Of a stretch of 64,000 bases of DNA, positions 37,264 through 47,819 are shown piece by piece; the first letter of the stretch is position 1, and each line of letters starts with the position of its first letter. The notes beneath the pieces were generated by a model. The model was not told the origin of the DNA. It saw only the letters and a list, made by a program, of their open reading frames with translations, and did no database searches. The position numbers and the translations under genes were made by a program. This stretch comes from Sulfurospirillaceae bacterium (GTDB lineage Bacteria > Campylobacterota > Campylobacteria > Campylobacterales > Sulfurospirillaceae): NCBI GenBank assembly GCA_033723415.1, contig JAWVXD010000004.1, positions 96,001 through 160,000 on the forward strand, read 5' to 3'.

Positions 37264-37947
37264 ATGCAAAAAAGAAACCTTGATCTATTGGGTAATTTTA
37301 ATTTAGTTTATCTGGAAGACGAACCTGAACTATTAAAGCACACTTTCTCGGCACTCGAAGATTTTGTGGGTGCGATATTTCCGGCTCCTACTTGTGCTGA
37401 AGCACTCAAGATAATAAAAACAAACAAGATCGACATAATCGTAGCCGACATCAATCTAAAATATGAAAACGGCATAGAATTTCTAAGATCACTCAAATAC
37501 GATCACGGCTATGAGATCCCGGCGATCCTCACGACTGCGTTCACTGACACCGAATACCTGCTCGATGCGATCAAACTAAAAGTAGAAGATTACATCGTAA
37601 AACCTATCAATGTAAAAGATCTGCTAAATTCCATACATGACACGCTTTTGCCTAAGATGCAGCAAAAAGAGATAGAGCGATCTTACAACATGATCAAGAC
37701 CATCTCTGCCATTAGTGACGGTAAACAGATAGAACTCATCAAATTTATAATCAGAAATCTAGACGATGAGCATATGTTTAACTACTCTTATGGCGATATC
37801 ATGGCGCGCGTAGACGTGAGCAAACCTACCGTCATAAAAGTATTTAGACAGTTAGCGGAGAAAGAGATACTGGTAAAGATACAAAATAAAAAGTATTTTT
37901 TTGATGAAAACAAACTACCAAACCCGAACGAGGATAGATATGAATAA
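37264..37947 (+). CDS. Response regulator with atypical C-terminal winged-helix domain
   Basis: YLEDE, ADINL (phosphoacceptor Asp), LTTAF, YIVKP; C-terminal YGDIMARVDVSKPTVIKVFRQL HTH. Confidence 0.88.
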   Translation: MQKRNLDLLGNFNLVYLEDEPELLKHTFSALEDFVGAIFPAPTCAEALKIIKTNKIDIIVADINLKYENGIEFLRSLKYDHGYEIPAILTTAFTDTEYLLDAIKLKVEDYIVKPINVKDLLNSIHDTLLPKMQQKEIERSYNMIKTISAISDGKQIELIKFIIRNLDDEHMFNYSYGDIMARVDVSKPTVIKVFRQLAEKEILVKIQNKKYFFDENKLPNPNEDRYE

Positions 37948-39277
37948 TCTTCTAAGAGAAATCCCAAAAATCGACAAAATTGCTCAAAATCCACTCTTTG
38001 ACGGATTCAATGAAGCTTTAGTGATAAAAATAGCAAAAGAGAAGATAGAAGCCTTGCGACACGGTATATTAAACGGGAAAATTCAAGATTTTGATGAATC
38101 CCTACTCTTAGACGAGATAAAAGACACGTACCAAGATATCTTTGCCCCCTCACTCAAACAGCTCATCAACGCAACCGGCGTTATCTTACATACGAACATG
38201 GGAAGAAGTCTCATCAGCGAAGAACTCGTCAAAAGAGCGCTTCCTTTGATCTGCAACTATTCAAACTTAGAGTACGATCTGGACAAAGGCTGTCGCGGTG
38301 AGCGGTATGAACATGTCAGCAGGCATCTCATAAACCTCTTGGGTGTCGAGGATGTTTTGGTCGTGAATAACAACGCCAGTGCCGTATTTTTGATTTTGAA
38401 CACCTTTGCAAGAGATAGAGAAGTCATCGTCTCAAGGGGCGAACTGGTCGAGATCGGCGGAAGTTTTAGGATTCCCGAAGTCATGAGCCAAAGCGGTGCG
38501 ATCTTGCGAGAAGTGGGCGCTACGAATAAAACAAAATATAGTGATTATGAAAATGCTATCAACGAAAATACCGTGATGCTCATGAAAGTACATCAATCAA
38601 ATTTCTCCATAGAAGGTTTTAGCGAAGACACCTCTTATGCCGACATCAGAGATTTGGCTGAAAAGAACAATCTGCTGGATTATTACGATCTTGGAAGCGG
38701 CTATATCCCGAATTTGCCTTATCATCTAGGGCAAAGGGAACACTCCTTGCCCGAAATACTCAAAACCAACCCTTCGCTCATCAGTTTCAGCGGAGACAAG
38801 CTTTTTGGAAGTGTGCAAGCGGGTATCATCGCCGGAAGAAAAGAGCTCATCGAAGAGCTCAAAAACAACCAACTCTTAAGGATGCTGCGAGTCGATAAGA
38901 TCACGCTCTCTCTTTTGGAAGAGACTATCAAAGCCTATCTGAGAGAAGAGTTTGAATACATCCCGACACTTCATATGCTTTTCACAAGCACCGATGAACT
39001 AAGGGAGCGAGCAAGTTTGATGCAAAAAGAGATCGGCGAAGATTTGTGCGAGATCATCGAAAGCACCACCGTTATGGGTGGCGGAACCCTGCCAAATAGA
39101 GAGTTTCCAACCATAGCCCTACACATCAAAGGTAAAGCCGAAGCACTAGAGAAAAAGTTCAGAAAACACCACATCATAGGAAGGATCGAAAACGACAAAT
39201 TCCTACTAGATCTCAGAAGCATCCTAGCAAGAGTGGATGATGAATTGATAGAAAAAACAAAAGAGATATTGGGGTGA
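37940..39277 (+). CDS. selA: L-seryl-tRNA(Sec) selenium transferase
   Basis: INATGVILHTNMGRS, YSNLEYDL, VVNNNASA, SRGELVEIGGSFRIP, DLGSG, FSGDKLFG, LRVDK; start ATG 37940 behind GAGGA. Confidence 0.96.
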   Translation: MNNLLREIPKIDKIAQNPLFDGFNEALVIKIAKEKIEALRHGILNGKIQDFDESLLLDEIKDTYQDIFAPSLKQLINATGVILHTNMGRSLISEELVKRALPLICNYSNLEYDLDKGCRGERYEHVSRHLINLLGVEDVLVVNNNASAVFLILNTFARDREVIVSRGELVEIGGSFRIPEVMSQSGAILREVGATNKTKYSDYENAINENTVMLMKVHQSNFSIEGFSEDTSYADIRDLAEKNNLLDYYDLGSGYIPNLPYHLGQREHSLPEILKTNPSLISFSGDKLFGSVQAGIIAGRKELIEELKNNQLLRMLRVDKITLSLLEETIKAYLREEFEYIPTLHMLFTSTDELRERASLMQKEIGEDLCEIIESTTVMGGGTLPNREFPTIALHIKGKAEALEKKFRKHHIIGRIENDKFLLDLRSILARVDDELIEKTKEILG

Positions 39278-39324
39278 AAAAAACAATTATAAGCTTTATA
39301 GATTATGAAAAGAGACAATAAGAT

Positions 39325-41160
39325 ATGAGATACACGATAGTCGGAACAGCGGGTCATGTCGATCATGGCAAAACCGCACTCATCGAGGCGTTGAGTGGAT
39401 TTAGAGGGGATAGTTTAGAAGAGGAAAAACGCAGAGGGATCACCATAGATCTGAGTTTTTCGCATTTGCAAAATGACGATACAAACGTGGCGTTCATCGA
39501 CGTACCGGGGCATGAGAAGCTTTTGAAGAACATGATAGCAGGGGCTTTTGGTTTTGATGCCGCTCTTGTCGTAGTCGATGCTAACGAAGGGCTGATGCCT
39601 CAGACCATCGAGCATCTGGAGATCTTAAATCTGCTTCATGTAAAGAACATCATCCTAGCACTCACCAAGAACGATTTGGCATCTGAAGAGACACTTTCAC
39701 AAAGAGAAAAAGAGCTTCGAGATTACATCAAAACACTAAAAAATTTAGCGATATTTGATCTGCTACGTGTCAGTATCTACGACAAAGACTCGATCGAAAA
39801 ACTAAAGACCACACTCTTTTCACTGCCGATTGTGGAGAAAAAAAGCAACGGGCTTTTTAGATACTATATCGATCGATCGTTTTCACTCGCGGGAGTCGGT
39901 CAGGTCGTCACGGGAACCGTGCTAGACGGTAGCATCAAAGTCGGAGACAAGATTTACGCACCGGAGCTGAATCAAGAATTTAAGATCAAGAATCTACAAG
40001 TACATGACACAGATGTGCAGAGTGCCTTTAGCTCTCAGCGAACGGCGATCAATCTGCAAGGCAGTCCAAAATCACCACTGAAACGCGGTACGCTTCTTTG
40101 CAAAAAAGGCTTCATCAAAGGGTTCAATACTATAGACGTCTGGGTTGAGGGTATCTCCGGTCACAAGATCAAACACGACTCCTCTCTTAGTATATTTGTC
40201 GGGACAAAACAAGTCGAAGCAAAGATACTCCTTTTAGAAGGAGTAGAACCTATAGAGAAAGGTTTTGCAACTCTTTGTTTTAAACAAAAACTGTTTTTGG
40301 TGCATAACGAACCTTTTATACTCTCAAGCAGTGGACGAACCATAGGCGGCGGACGTGTGCTAAATCCTATCAACGATCCTATAAAAAAGAAAACTAAGAT
40401 AGAGTTGTTGAACTCTCTAAAAGATGATGATTTTAAGAGTACATTTTCGCTTCTTACTTCCATACATAAAAGAGGATTTGGTTTGATATCCTCAAACCAA
40501 AGGTTTGGACTAAATCATGAAGAGGCCATAGAGATAGCAAATGACCTAGATGATGTTTTTGTAGATGAAAAAGGTCTTGTCATCTACCCTATAGGTATCA
40601 AAACAGAGCTTAGAGAGAGCGTAAAAAAGATATATGAGAAAAATCAATATGCCCTGCTTTCTCCTGCTTCATTATCTTTGAAAATAAAATGGGCAAGTAT
40701 CTCCTTGCTTCATGACATACTCTCAGAGCTATGCGATGAAGGATTTCTCAAGCTGGAGAACGGAATATATAAAAATGCTGCTGTTGAGATCAAAGATGTC
40801 GGCAAGCTCATGGAAGAACGAATATTTGAGATATTAGACAAATCTGCACTGACTCCTGACGCGCCTTATAACATTTATGACGATCTGGATATTGATAAGC
40901 AAATCGGAGACAATGCTCTAAAAAGTCTAACAAGAGCTAGAAAAGTAGTGAGATTGGCGCACAATCTATTTGTAGAGTCAAAGGCCCTCAGTCAAATAGT
41001 AGCAAAGATGAGAGAGATCATGACAAAAGAAGGCTATATAGATATCGCTTCTTTCAAAAAACATTTTGAGATAAGTAGAAAGTATTTGGTGGCCTATCTT
41101 GATTATTTAGACCATTTTGATGATGTAAAGAAACAAGACAACAGAAGATATCTGGCATAG
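39325..41160 (+). CDS. selB: Selenocysteine-specific elongation factor
   Basis: GTAGHVDHGKT, EEKRRGITIDL, DVPGHE, IDRSFS..GVGQVVTGT; C-terminal SRKYLVAYLDYLD winged helix. Confidence 0.96.
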   Translation: MRYTIVGTAGHVDHGKTALIEALSGFRGDSLEEEKRRGITIDLSFSHLQNDDTNVAFIDVPGHEKLLKNMIAGAFGFDAALVVVDANEGLMPQTIEHLEILNLLHVKNIILALTKNDLASEETLSQREKELRDYIKTLKNLAIFDLLRVSIYDKDSIEKLKTTLFSLPIVEKKSNGLFRYYIDRSFSLAGVGQVVTGTVLDGSIKVGDKIYAPELNQEFKIKNLQVHDTDVQSAFSSQRTAINLQGSPKSPLKRGTLLCKKGFIKGFNTIDVWVEGISGHKIKHDSSLSIFVGTKQVEAKILLLEGVEPIEKGFATLCFKQKLFLVHNEPFILSSSGRTIGGGRVLNPINDPIKKKTKIELLNSLKDDDFKSTFSLLTSIHKRGFGLISSNQRFGLNHEEAIEIANDLDDVFVDEKGLVIYPIGIKTELRESVKKIYEKNQYALLSPASLSLKIKWASISLLHDILSELCDEGFLKLENGIYKNAAVEIKDVGKLMEERIFEILDKSALTPDAPYNIYDDLDIDKQIGDNALKSLTRARKVVRLAHNLFVESKALSQIVAKMREIMTKEGYIDIASFKKHFEISRKYLVAYLDYLDHFDDVKKQDNRRYLA

Positions 41161-41191
41161 AGAACTCTTTGTGAATTACAAAGAGTTCTCT
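41159..41191. terminator. Terminator hairpin between selB and the convergent gene
   Basis: AGAGAACTCTTTGT-gaatt-ACAAAGAGTTCTCT, 14-bp stem. Confidence 0.8.
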
Positions 41192-41206
41192 CTTGGTATA
41201 TGTATA

Positions 41207-41923
41207 TCAACGAGGACTGACGACTATATATATCTCTCTACCGTCTTTTACCGTTTTGGAAAAATAGTGTCCCTCAAACCAGTAGTATGAAACTCCATTT
41301 AGTATTCTTTGTGTCGCTCCTGCCGGTAATTTGTAAAAAATATTTCCGGGGGCATATTTACTATCAACCGGAACCGAGTTGTTGATAACAGGACCCTGGT
41401 CTATGATTATATTCTGGGGTACACTTGGATCAACTACTCTATAACCGTTATAAGAGGGAGCCCATTCATAGTATGTATTGTCATAATAATAATAGTTTCT
41501 TCCATAAATACTGACTACTGAACAACCTATAGGCAATACAGGAACGATAGCACCAATTGGCGGCATGACTATAATAAAGTTTCCATTGTAAGGTCGATAA
41601 AAGATCCCATTGTCATAGTAATACCCTAACCCGCCAAAACTAAAGAATATTGATGAAACAGGCCTTCTATAGATCACCCTGCCCCATCTACGATCAGCCG
41701 GTATCGGCTTATGATACTTTGGTACGGTATTATAATAGCGTCTTGTTTCTATTCGGTTTTCATGTCGATTTTCATATCTTTCTCTTATTTCATAGCGCTT
41801 AGTTTCTTTTTTGACGTTTTGATGACCTCTATCATCATATTTGTCTTGCCAAGATCTAGCATTTAAAGATACTCCGACAAATGATAAAAGTACAAATGAT
41901 ATTGTTAATATTCTATAATTCAT
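41207..41923 (-). CDS. Secreted Tyr/Gly/Pro-rich repeat protein (DUF6515-like)
   Basis: Signal peptide (SLNA); Arg/His/Glu-rich stretch; repeats YYYDNGIFY / YYYYDNTYY / YYWFEGHYF each followed by VV.P; SD AGGAGG. Confidence 0.7.
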   Translation of the reverse strand: MNYRILTISFVLLSFVGVSLNARSWQDKYDDRGHQNVKKETKRYEIRERYENRHENRIETRRYYNTVPKYHKPIPADRRWGRVIYRRPVSSIFFSFGGLGYYYDNGIFYRPYNGNFIIVMPPIGAIVPVLPIGCSVVSIYGRNYYYYDNTYYEWAPSYNGYRVVDPSVPQNIIIDQGPVINNSVPVDSKYAPGNIFYKLPAGATQRILNGVSYYWFEGHYFSKTVKDGREIYIVVSPR

Positions 41924-42078
41924 TATTTCCTCCTAACTTTAAAATATTCTTTAATCCAAGCTACTTTATTATTATATCACTTCAAACGTTACAAGTGTTA
42001 ACCGATCACAAACAGATTAATAAAATATTTAATTAATTTGAGTAAAATAGCGCAGAAATAAACCCAAGGATCCAATAG

Positions 42079-42783
42079 ATGAAAAAAAGTTTGATCTTAT
42101 CTTTCATACTGATTGCAAGTGTTGCCTTCAGTGCAACAAATGAAGAGATTATAAAACACTTTAAAGCACAAATCCCGATAGCGAATATACAAATAAAAGT
42201 AACTTCAAGGAAACAAATATCAAAAGATCTAGATTTTGTATCTTTGTATATAACAGACGGTAAAGACAGCCAAAGTGTTTCTATATTTACCAATGGAGAG
42301 TATATTTTCCCGGATGCGATCAATGTCAAAACAAACGTAAGTTTAAAAGACGAGATGAGAAGAGTTCAGATAAACAAGAACATATCAGAAGTCTACAAAA
42401 AAGAAGACAAAAAGAACATAATCTCAATAGGTCATGATCCAAAAAAAGAGACTCTTGTGATCTTCTCAGACCCAGAATGTCCCTTCTGCAAGAAAGAGTT
42501 GGACAATATAGAAAACGAACTTACAAAATACAACGTCAAGATGATCTTTACACCAGTCCATGACAGAAACTCATTGGCAAAATCTTACCTGATATACAAA
42601 TACATAAAAAATGCAAAAACAGACAAAGAAAAAATTGCTACGATCAGAAAGTATTTTGACTCAGAAACAGATGAAAAAGTCAGTGATGCAAATGTGAAAA
42701 AGATAGATGATCTAAGACAGAAGTATTTTGCTGCAGGCATTAACGGCACACCTTATAAGGTCATGGAAAAAGAAATAGAATAA
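42079..42783 (+). CDS. DsbC/DsbG-like periplasmic thiol-disulfide oxidoreductase
   Basis: Signal peptide; FSDPECPFCK; GINGTP cis-Pro loop. Confidence 0.85.
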   Translation: MKKSLILSFILIASVAFSATNEEIIKHFKAQIPIANIQIKVTSRKQISKDLDFVSLYITDGKDSQSVSIFTNGEYIFPDAINVKTNVSLKDEMRRVQINKNISEVYKKEDKKNIISIGHDPKKETLVIFSDPECPFCKKELDNIENELTKYNVKMIFTPVHDRNSLAKSYLIYKYIKNAKTDKEKIATIRKYFDSETDEKVSDANVKKIDDLRQKYFAAGINGTPYKVMEKEIE

Positions 42784-42848
42784 AACTTTGTTTTTATTAA
42801 TATATTGATGATATAATATACTTCATCCTGTTATAAAAAGGTTTCAAG

Positions 42849-44891
42849 ATGGAGTATGAAAATATACAAGTGGCTCTCTTAGCCACGCTATTTTTACTCC
42901 TTGTCTATTTGCTTCTCAAGGCGAGGGGAAAGATTGCAAGCTTAGAAAAACGATTACATGACGAAGTCGAATACAAAAGTTTCATGGATTTTTTGCCGTT
43001 TCCTGTTTTTTATGAAAAAAAAGATATAAAATCAATATATACGAACAAAGCTTTCGACATACAATTCAATACCAACAAAAAACCGACTATAGAAACTTTA
43101 TCAAATTCTTACCTCCGTCCAGTAGAAAAGATGGAATTGATGTACGACAATGACATCAAAAGACAAGTCATGGTCTACTCTTCAAATATCTTCAATGAGA
43201 ACAAAGATGTTATAGCAACGATAAGATCCATAATAGACGTCAATACTCTTCAAGTGTTAATACACAGTTTATTGGAAAACAAACAAAGATATGAACTCTC
43301 TGTCGATAACTCTCTTTTTGGTGTATGGGATTGGGATATCAAAAAGGATCATTTCTATGTTTCCCCGCAATGGAAAAGGATCATGGGATACAAAGGAGAT
43401 GAAACTCCTAAAAATTTAAATTTTTGGTTAAACTTGGTTGATCCAAAAAATATGGCAAATATAAATCAAGCGATCAACAGACACCTCGAAGGCAGATCAG
43501 ATATATTCGCAGAAGAGCATGAAATAAAAATAAGCGGAGAGACAAGATGGATAAGTGTCACGGGAAAAGCCATATTTGACAGTAACAAGAAAGCCGTCAG
43601 ATTTTCCGGTTTGATCTTTGACATAAGTGATAGAAAACAAAGAGAAGCAATCAACAGTAGAAGCCAAAGACTCTTTGCTTCCTTTATGGATAACCTCCCT
43701 GCAATTGCTTTCATCAAAGATAAAAAAAGCCGATACGTTTATCTAAACAGCTTTTACCAAAACTATATAGGATTTAAAGAGTGGAAAAATAAAACACCTC
43801 TTGATATCTTTGATAAAGAAATAGCTAAAAACATTATGGAAAACGATAGAAAGGCTTTTTATGAAGGATCAAAAGAGCATGAAGAGCTCATCCCGAATGT
43901 AGAAGGCATACCTAAATATTTTGAAGCATATAAATTTCCTATAGATGCAGGAAACGATGAACAATTTATCTGTGGTTTTGCGATAGACATAACGCAAGAA
44001 AAGATGTATTTAGACAAAATCAATATGTATGCCAAGATATTTAACAACACAACAGAAGGAATCCTTATAACGGATGAAAATTTTAACATCATAGCTACCA
44101 ATAAAGCTTTTGAAACAAATATGGGATATAGTGAAAAAGAAGTCATAGGTAAAAATCCAAGCTTGTTAAAACCTCCTGAGCAGAGCAATGATTTTTATAA
44201 CAATTTATATCAAATCCTCAAAAAAGAAAATAAATACTCAGGCGAGATATTAATAGCAACAAAAGAAGGTGTCGTGATACCGGAGCTCATAAATATAAAC
44301 TGTATTAAAGATGCCAAAGGCAAAATAGTAAATTATTTTGCCATTTATCAGAACATAGCCGAACAAAAAAAACTTGAGAGGAAATTGACAAAACTAGCCC
44401 AATATGACACCTTGACGAAGCTTCCAAATAGATTTTTATTTAAATTCAAACTAGTAAATGCTCTGGATAGAGTAGAAAAGAACAATATAAAAGTAGCTTT
44501 GGTATTTGTTGATCTGGATGATTTTAAAAATATAAATGACACTTTAGGACATGATGCCGGAGATGTTGTTTTAGTGCATACGGCACAGCAATTACTCTTA
44601 AGCGTTCGTGAAAATGATGTAGTTGCTCGTCTTGGAGGGGATGAGTTTGTGATAATACTAGATGATATACAAAATATCGAAAATTTACAACATATATGTG
44701 AAAAGATATTGAAAAACTTAAATCAGCCATTTAAGCTTCTAAATACTAAATACAGTATAAATGCAAGTCTAGGCGTAAGTATAAGTCCAGATCATACTAA
44801 AAACTATCATGATCTCCTAAAGTATTCGGATAAAGCTATGTACCAAGCAAAGAACAGCGGCAAAAATAAAATAGTAATACATGAAGTTTGA
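42849..44891 (+). CDS. Multi-PAS diguanylate cyclase
   Basis: N-terminal TM; PAS domains (GVWDWD, WKRIMGY; EGILITD); YDTLTKLPNR, DLDDFKNINDTLGH, RLGGDEF. Confidence 0.92.
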   Translation: MEYENIQVALLATLFLLLVYLLLKARGKIASLEKRLHDEVEYKSFMDFLPFPVFYEKKDIKSIYTNKAFDIQFNTNKKPTIETLSNSYLRPVEKMELMYDNDIKRQVMVYSSNIFNENKDVIATIRSIIDVNTLQVLIHSLLENKQRYELSVDNSLFGVWDWDIKKDHFYVSPQWKRIMGYKGDETPKNLNFWLNLVDPKNMANINQAINRHLEGRSDIFAEEHEIKISGETRWISVTGKAIFDSNKKAVRFSGLIFDISDRKQREAINSRSQRLFASFMDNLPAIAFIKDKKSRYVYLNSFYQNYIGFKEWKNKTPLDIFDKEIAKNIMENDRKAFYEGSKEHEELIPNVEGIPKYFEAYKFPIDAGNDEQFICGFAIDITQEKMYLDKINMYAKIFNNTTEGILITDENFNIIATNKAFETNMGYSEKEVIGKNPSLLKPPEQSNDFYNNLYQILKKENKYSGEILIATKEGVVIPELININCIKDAKGKIVNYFAIYQNIAEQKKLERKLTKLAQYDTLTKLPNRFLFKFKLVNALDRVEKNNIKVALVFVDLDDFKNINDTLGHDAGDVVLVHTAQQLLLSVRENDVVARLGGDEFVIILDDIQNIENLQHICEKILKNLNQPFKLLNTKYSINASLGVSISPDHTKNYHDLLKYSDKAMYQAKNSGKNKIVIHEV

Positions 44892-44954
44892 TTAAGGTCT
44901 CATTCACATTTCCGTGATATGATTTGTAATCATACCCAAATAAGGAGGCAGAGT

Positions 44955-45629
44955 TTGAAAGCAAATCTTTTAATGATAGAAGATGACACTGAACTAGCAG
45001 ATTTATTATGTGCTTTCCTCTCAAAATACAATATAAACGTTACAAATTATGAAGATCCGTTTATTGGGATCAGTGCTTTGAATATCGGTAAATTTGACTT
45101 GGTTATATTAGATTTATCATTGCCAGGACTTGATGGTTTGGAGATTTGCAAAGAGATCAGACAAACATCAAATATACCTATAATCATCTCATCGGCTAGA
45201 AGCGATGTAGAAGACAAGATCATAGGTCTGATGCTGGGAGCAGATGATTATCTGCCAAAGCCATATGAGCCAAAAGAGTTATATGCACGCATTATCAGTG
45301 TTCTAAGAAGATATAAAGTAAACTTTGAAGAGAAAGAAAAAGCAGAGATCTTTCATCTGGATAAGGATGCCATGACTATAACTTTCATGGGTGAAAAATT
45401 ACAATTGACAAAGGCTGAATATGAAGTATTGAGCTATCTTATAGAGCGAAGAAATTGTGCGATCACAAGGACTGAGCTGATAAATCACTCTTTATCTCTT
45501 GACAGTGAAAACGAAAGCAGAAGTCTAGACGTACTAATAAGCAGAATAAGACAAAAACTGGGAGAATCTTCAAAACATCCAAAATACATACACTCTATAA
45601 GAGGAATGGGGTATAGGTTACAAATTTGA
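44955..45629 (+). CDS. OmpR-family response regulator
   Basis: TTG start behind SD AAGGAGG; IEDD, LDLSLPGLDG, GADDYLPKPY, RSLDVLISRIRQKL, IRGMGY. Confidence 0.93.
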   Translation: MKANLLMIEDDTELADLLCAFLSKYNINVTNYEDPFIGISALNIGKFDLVILDLSLPGLDGLEICKEIRQTSNIPIIISSARSDVEDKIIGLMLGADDYLPKPYEPKELYARIISVLRRYKVNFEEKEKAEIFHLDKDAMTITFMGEKLQLTKAEYEVLSYLIERRNCAITRTELINHSLSLDSENESRSLDVLISRIRQKLGESSKHPKYIHSIRGMGYRLQI

Positions 45630-46888
45630 AATGGTATAACTCTATAATTACAAAAATATCTCTAATCTTCATATTTGCTCTCATGGGCATAGGAACCGTA
45701 TTATTTTTATTTGTTAAACATGAAAGACAAAAAGAACTGGACAATGTTGAAGGCTACGCTAGATACGCTCTTCACTACTCTTTTAACAGGATGACAAGAA
45801 AATTGAATTTTGACAATCTGGACAATCTAGGTCTCGTAATTTTGAAAGATCCTAGATTAAGAGATAAGATACTAGAGCAAAAGCAATATTTTGACACCCA
45901 GAGGATGGGCCCTCATATGATGATGAGACAGGCTCTCGGCTCTAGTATAAGTGCTGTGCCTTTTGATAAAAAGATATATATTGTTTTAGATAGAAGCGAT
46001 TCTCAAGATCTCGTTTTTTCTACTCCGTATAAAAAAGAGGTTCTAGCTACAGTAATATATCCTTTGATCTTCATATTGCTTATTATTTTGCTTTATATTG
46101 CTATCATTAAAAATATTCTTCCTTTATATAGTTTGAGACGCAAGATCAAGCAATTTGCCAATGGAAATTATGAAATCGAGTGTAAAAGCGAACACAAAGA
46201 TGAGATAGGAATATTGTCAAACGACTTTGACTATGCCGTCAAGAAGATCAAAAAACTAAGAGACTCCAGACAGCTGTTCTTGCGAAATATTATGCATGAG
46301 CTAAAAACTCCTATAACCAAGGGTAAATTTGTCACAGAACTGGCAAATGAAGAAAATCTAAAAAAGTCTCTAAACAACATATTTTTACGACAAGAAACCC
46401 TTCTCGAAGAGTTTTCAAGAATAGAGAAATTAAATGCAAACGAACTAAAGATCAACAAACAACCTTACTTACTCGAAGATGTTTTTGATTTTGCGGCCGA
46501 TATTTTAAGTCATGATGTCAGCAAAGTCGAAAAAAACTTAACTCCTGTAAAAATAAATGTAGATTTTGAACTATTTGGTACGGCTCTAAAAAATTTATTG
46601 GACAACGGCATCAACTATTCGGATGATTCAAAAGTATCCATAACAAATGATGAATCAAAAATAATCATATCAAATATCGGGAAAAAGCTAGAATTTCCAC
46701 TGCAAAATTACAAAGAACCTTTTCATTTAGATGGAGAAAAACAAAAAAGTTCGCGTGGACTAGGCTTTGGGCTATACATAACCTTGCATGTCATAGAGTT
46801 GCACAATATGTCCTTAGAATACAAAAGAGAAGGCAACCAAAATAATTTTATTATCCATCTAAAGAATGAATCTATAAAAATAGTCTAA
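45626..46888 (+). CDS. Sensor histidine kinase (ArsS/RacS-like)
   Basis: Two TM helices, HAMP (DEIG), H-box IMHELKTPITKG, KNLLDNGINYS, GLGFGLYI. Confidence 0.92.
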   Translation: MKWYNSIITKISLIFIFALMGIGTVLFLFVKHERQKELDNVEGYARYALHYSFNRMTRKLNFDNLDNLGLVILKDPRLRDKILEQKQYFDTQRMGPHMMMRQALGSSISAVPFDKKIYIVLDRSDSQDLVFSTPYKKEVLATVIYPLIFILLIILLYIAIIKNILPLYSLRRKIKQFANGNYEIECKSEHKDEIGILSNDFDYAVKKIKKLRDSRQLFLRNIMHELKTPITKGKFVTELANEENLKKSLNNIFLRQETLLEEFSRIEKLNANELKINKQPYLLEDVFDFAADILSHDVSKVEKNLTPVKINVDFELFGTALKNLLDNGINYSDDSKVSITNDESKIIISNIGKKLEFPLQNYKEPFHLDGEKQKSSRGLGFGLYITLHVIELHNMSLEYKREGNQNNFIIHLKNESIKIV

Positions 46889-47763
46889 TTGTCATTGCAA
46901 TTTTCATACTCTACCTGCCAAGTAGTATGACTTATCCCAAAATCGTTTTTAGCGATCTTCGTAAGTTCTCTCATAATATCATTTGATTCACTAATATTCA
47001 AATTTTCATTCAAACTCACATGAGCTTCTATAAACACATTCTTGTCATCCAACTGCCAAAGGTGTACATGATGTATATCTTTGATCTGAGGGTTTTTCTT
47101 TAACTTATTTTTCAATGCATTTGTATCCAAATCTCTAGGGCTGTGCTGCATAAGTATCTCAACACTTTGTTTGACGATATCGTAAGACATATAAATAAGA
47201 TAAAATGCTATCAAAAGAGTGATAGCAGAATCAATCCAATATATATGCCAAAACATCATGACAAGCCCGCCTATCAAAACAGCGACTGAAGTCGCTACAT
47301 CACTAAGTAGATGAAGGTAAGCTGATCTGATATTTAGATTGTGGTGAGAATCTTCTTTTATCAATATAACACTTACAAAGTTCAAAACTATACTCAAAAT
47401 AGCCAGAAAGATAACCCAAGAAGATTTAATTTCTACAGGATTGATAAATTTACTGATCGCTTCAACAACAAGATATAATCCAATTCCTATCAAGACCGTT
47501 GCATTGAACAATGAAGCCAGTATCTCAGCTCTTTTGTATCCAAAAGTCTTTGTCTCTGTTCTTGGTTTTTTAGATATTTTATTTGCCGTATAACTCAACA
47601 AAAGTGCGATAACGTCACTAAAATTATGCAAGGCATCACTAAGCAAAGCCAAAGAGCCTGACACTATTCCTCCCACTATTTGAGCGATAGTAATGATTAT
47701 GTTTAACACTATGGTTATAAAAAGATTTTTACCGCTTACTTCGTGGTGGTGATGTTCTGACAT
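46885..47763 (-). CDS. czcD: Cation diffusion facilitator (CzcD-like Zn/Co/Cd exporter)
   Basis: His-rich N-terminus; SGSLALLSDALHNFSD, TFGYKRAE, NIRSAYLHLLSD, IHHVHLW. Confidence 0.88.
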   Translation of the reverse strand: MSEHHHHEVSGKNLFITIVLNIIITIAQIVGGIVSGSLALLSDALHNFSDVIALLLSYTANKISKKPRTETKTFGYKRAEILASLFNATVLIGIGLYLVVEAISKFINPVEIKSSWVIFLAILSIVLNFVSVILIKEDSHHNLNIRSAYLHLLSDVATSVAVLIGGLVMMFWHIYWIDSAITLLIAFYLIYMSYDIVKQSVEILMQHSPRDLDTNALKNKLKKNPQIKDIHHVHLWQLDDKNVFIEAHVSLNENLNISESNDIMRELTKIAKNDFGISHTTWQVEYENCNDN

Positions 47764-47819
47764 AACTTTGACCTTTACTTATATATGAGAAGTATTTTAC
47801 CTAAAATATCTATCAAATA

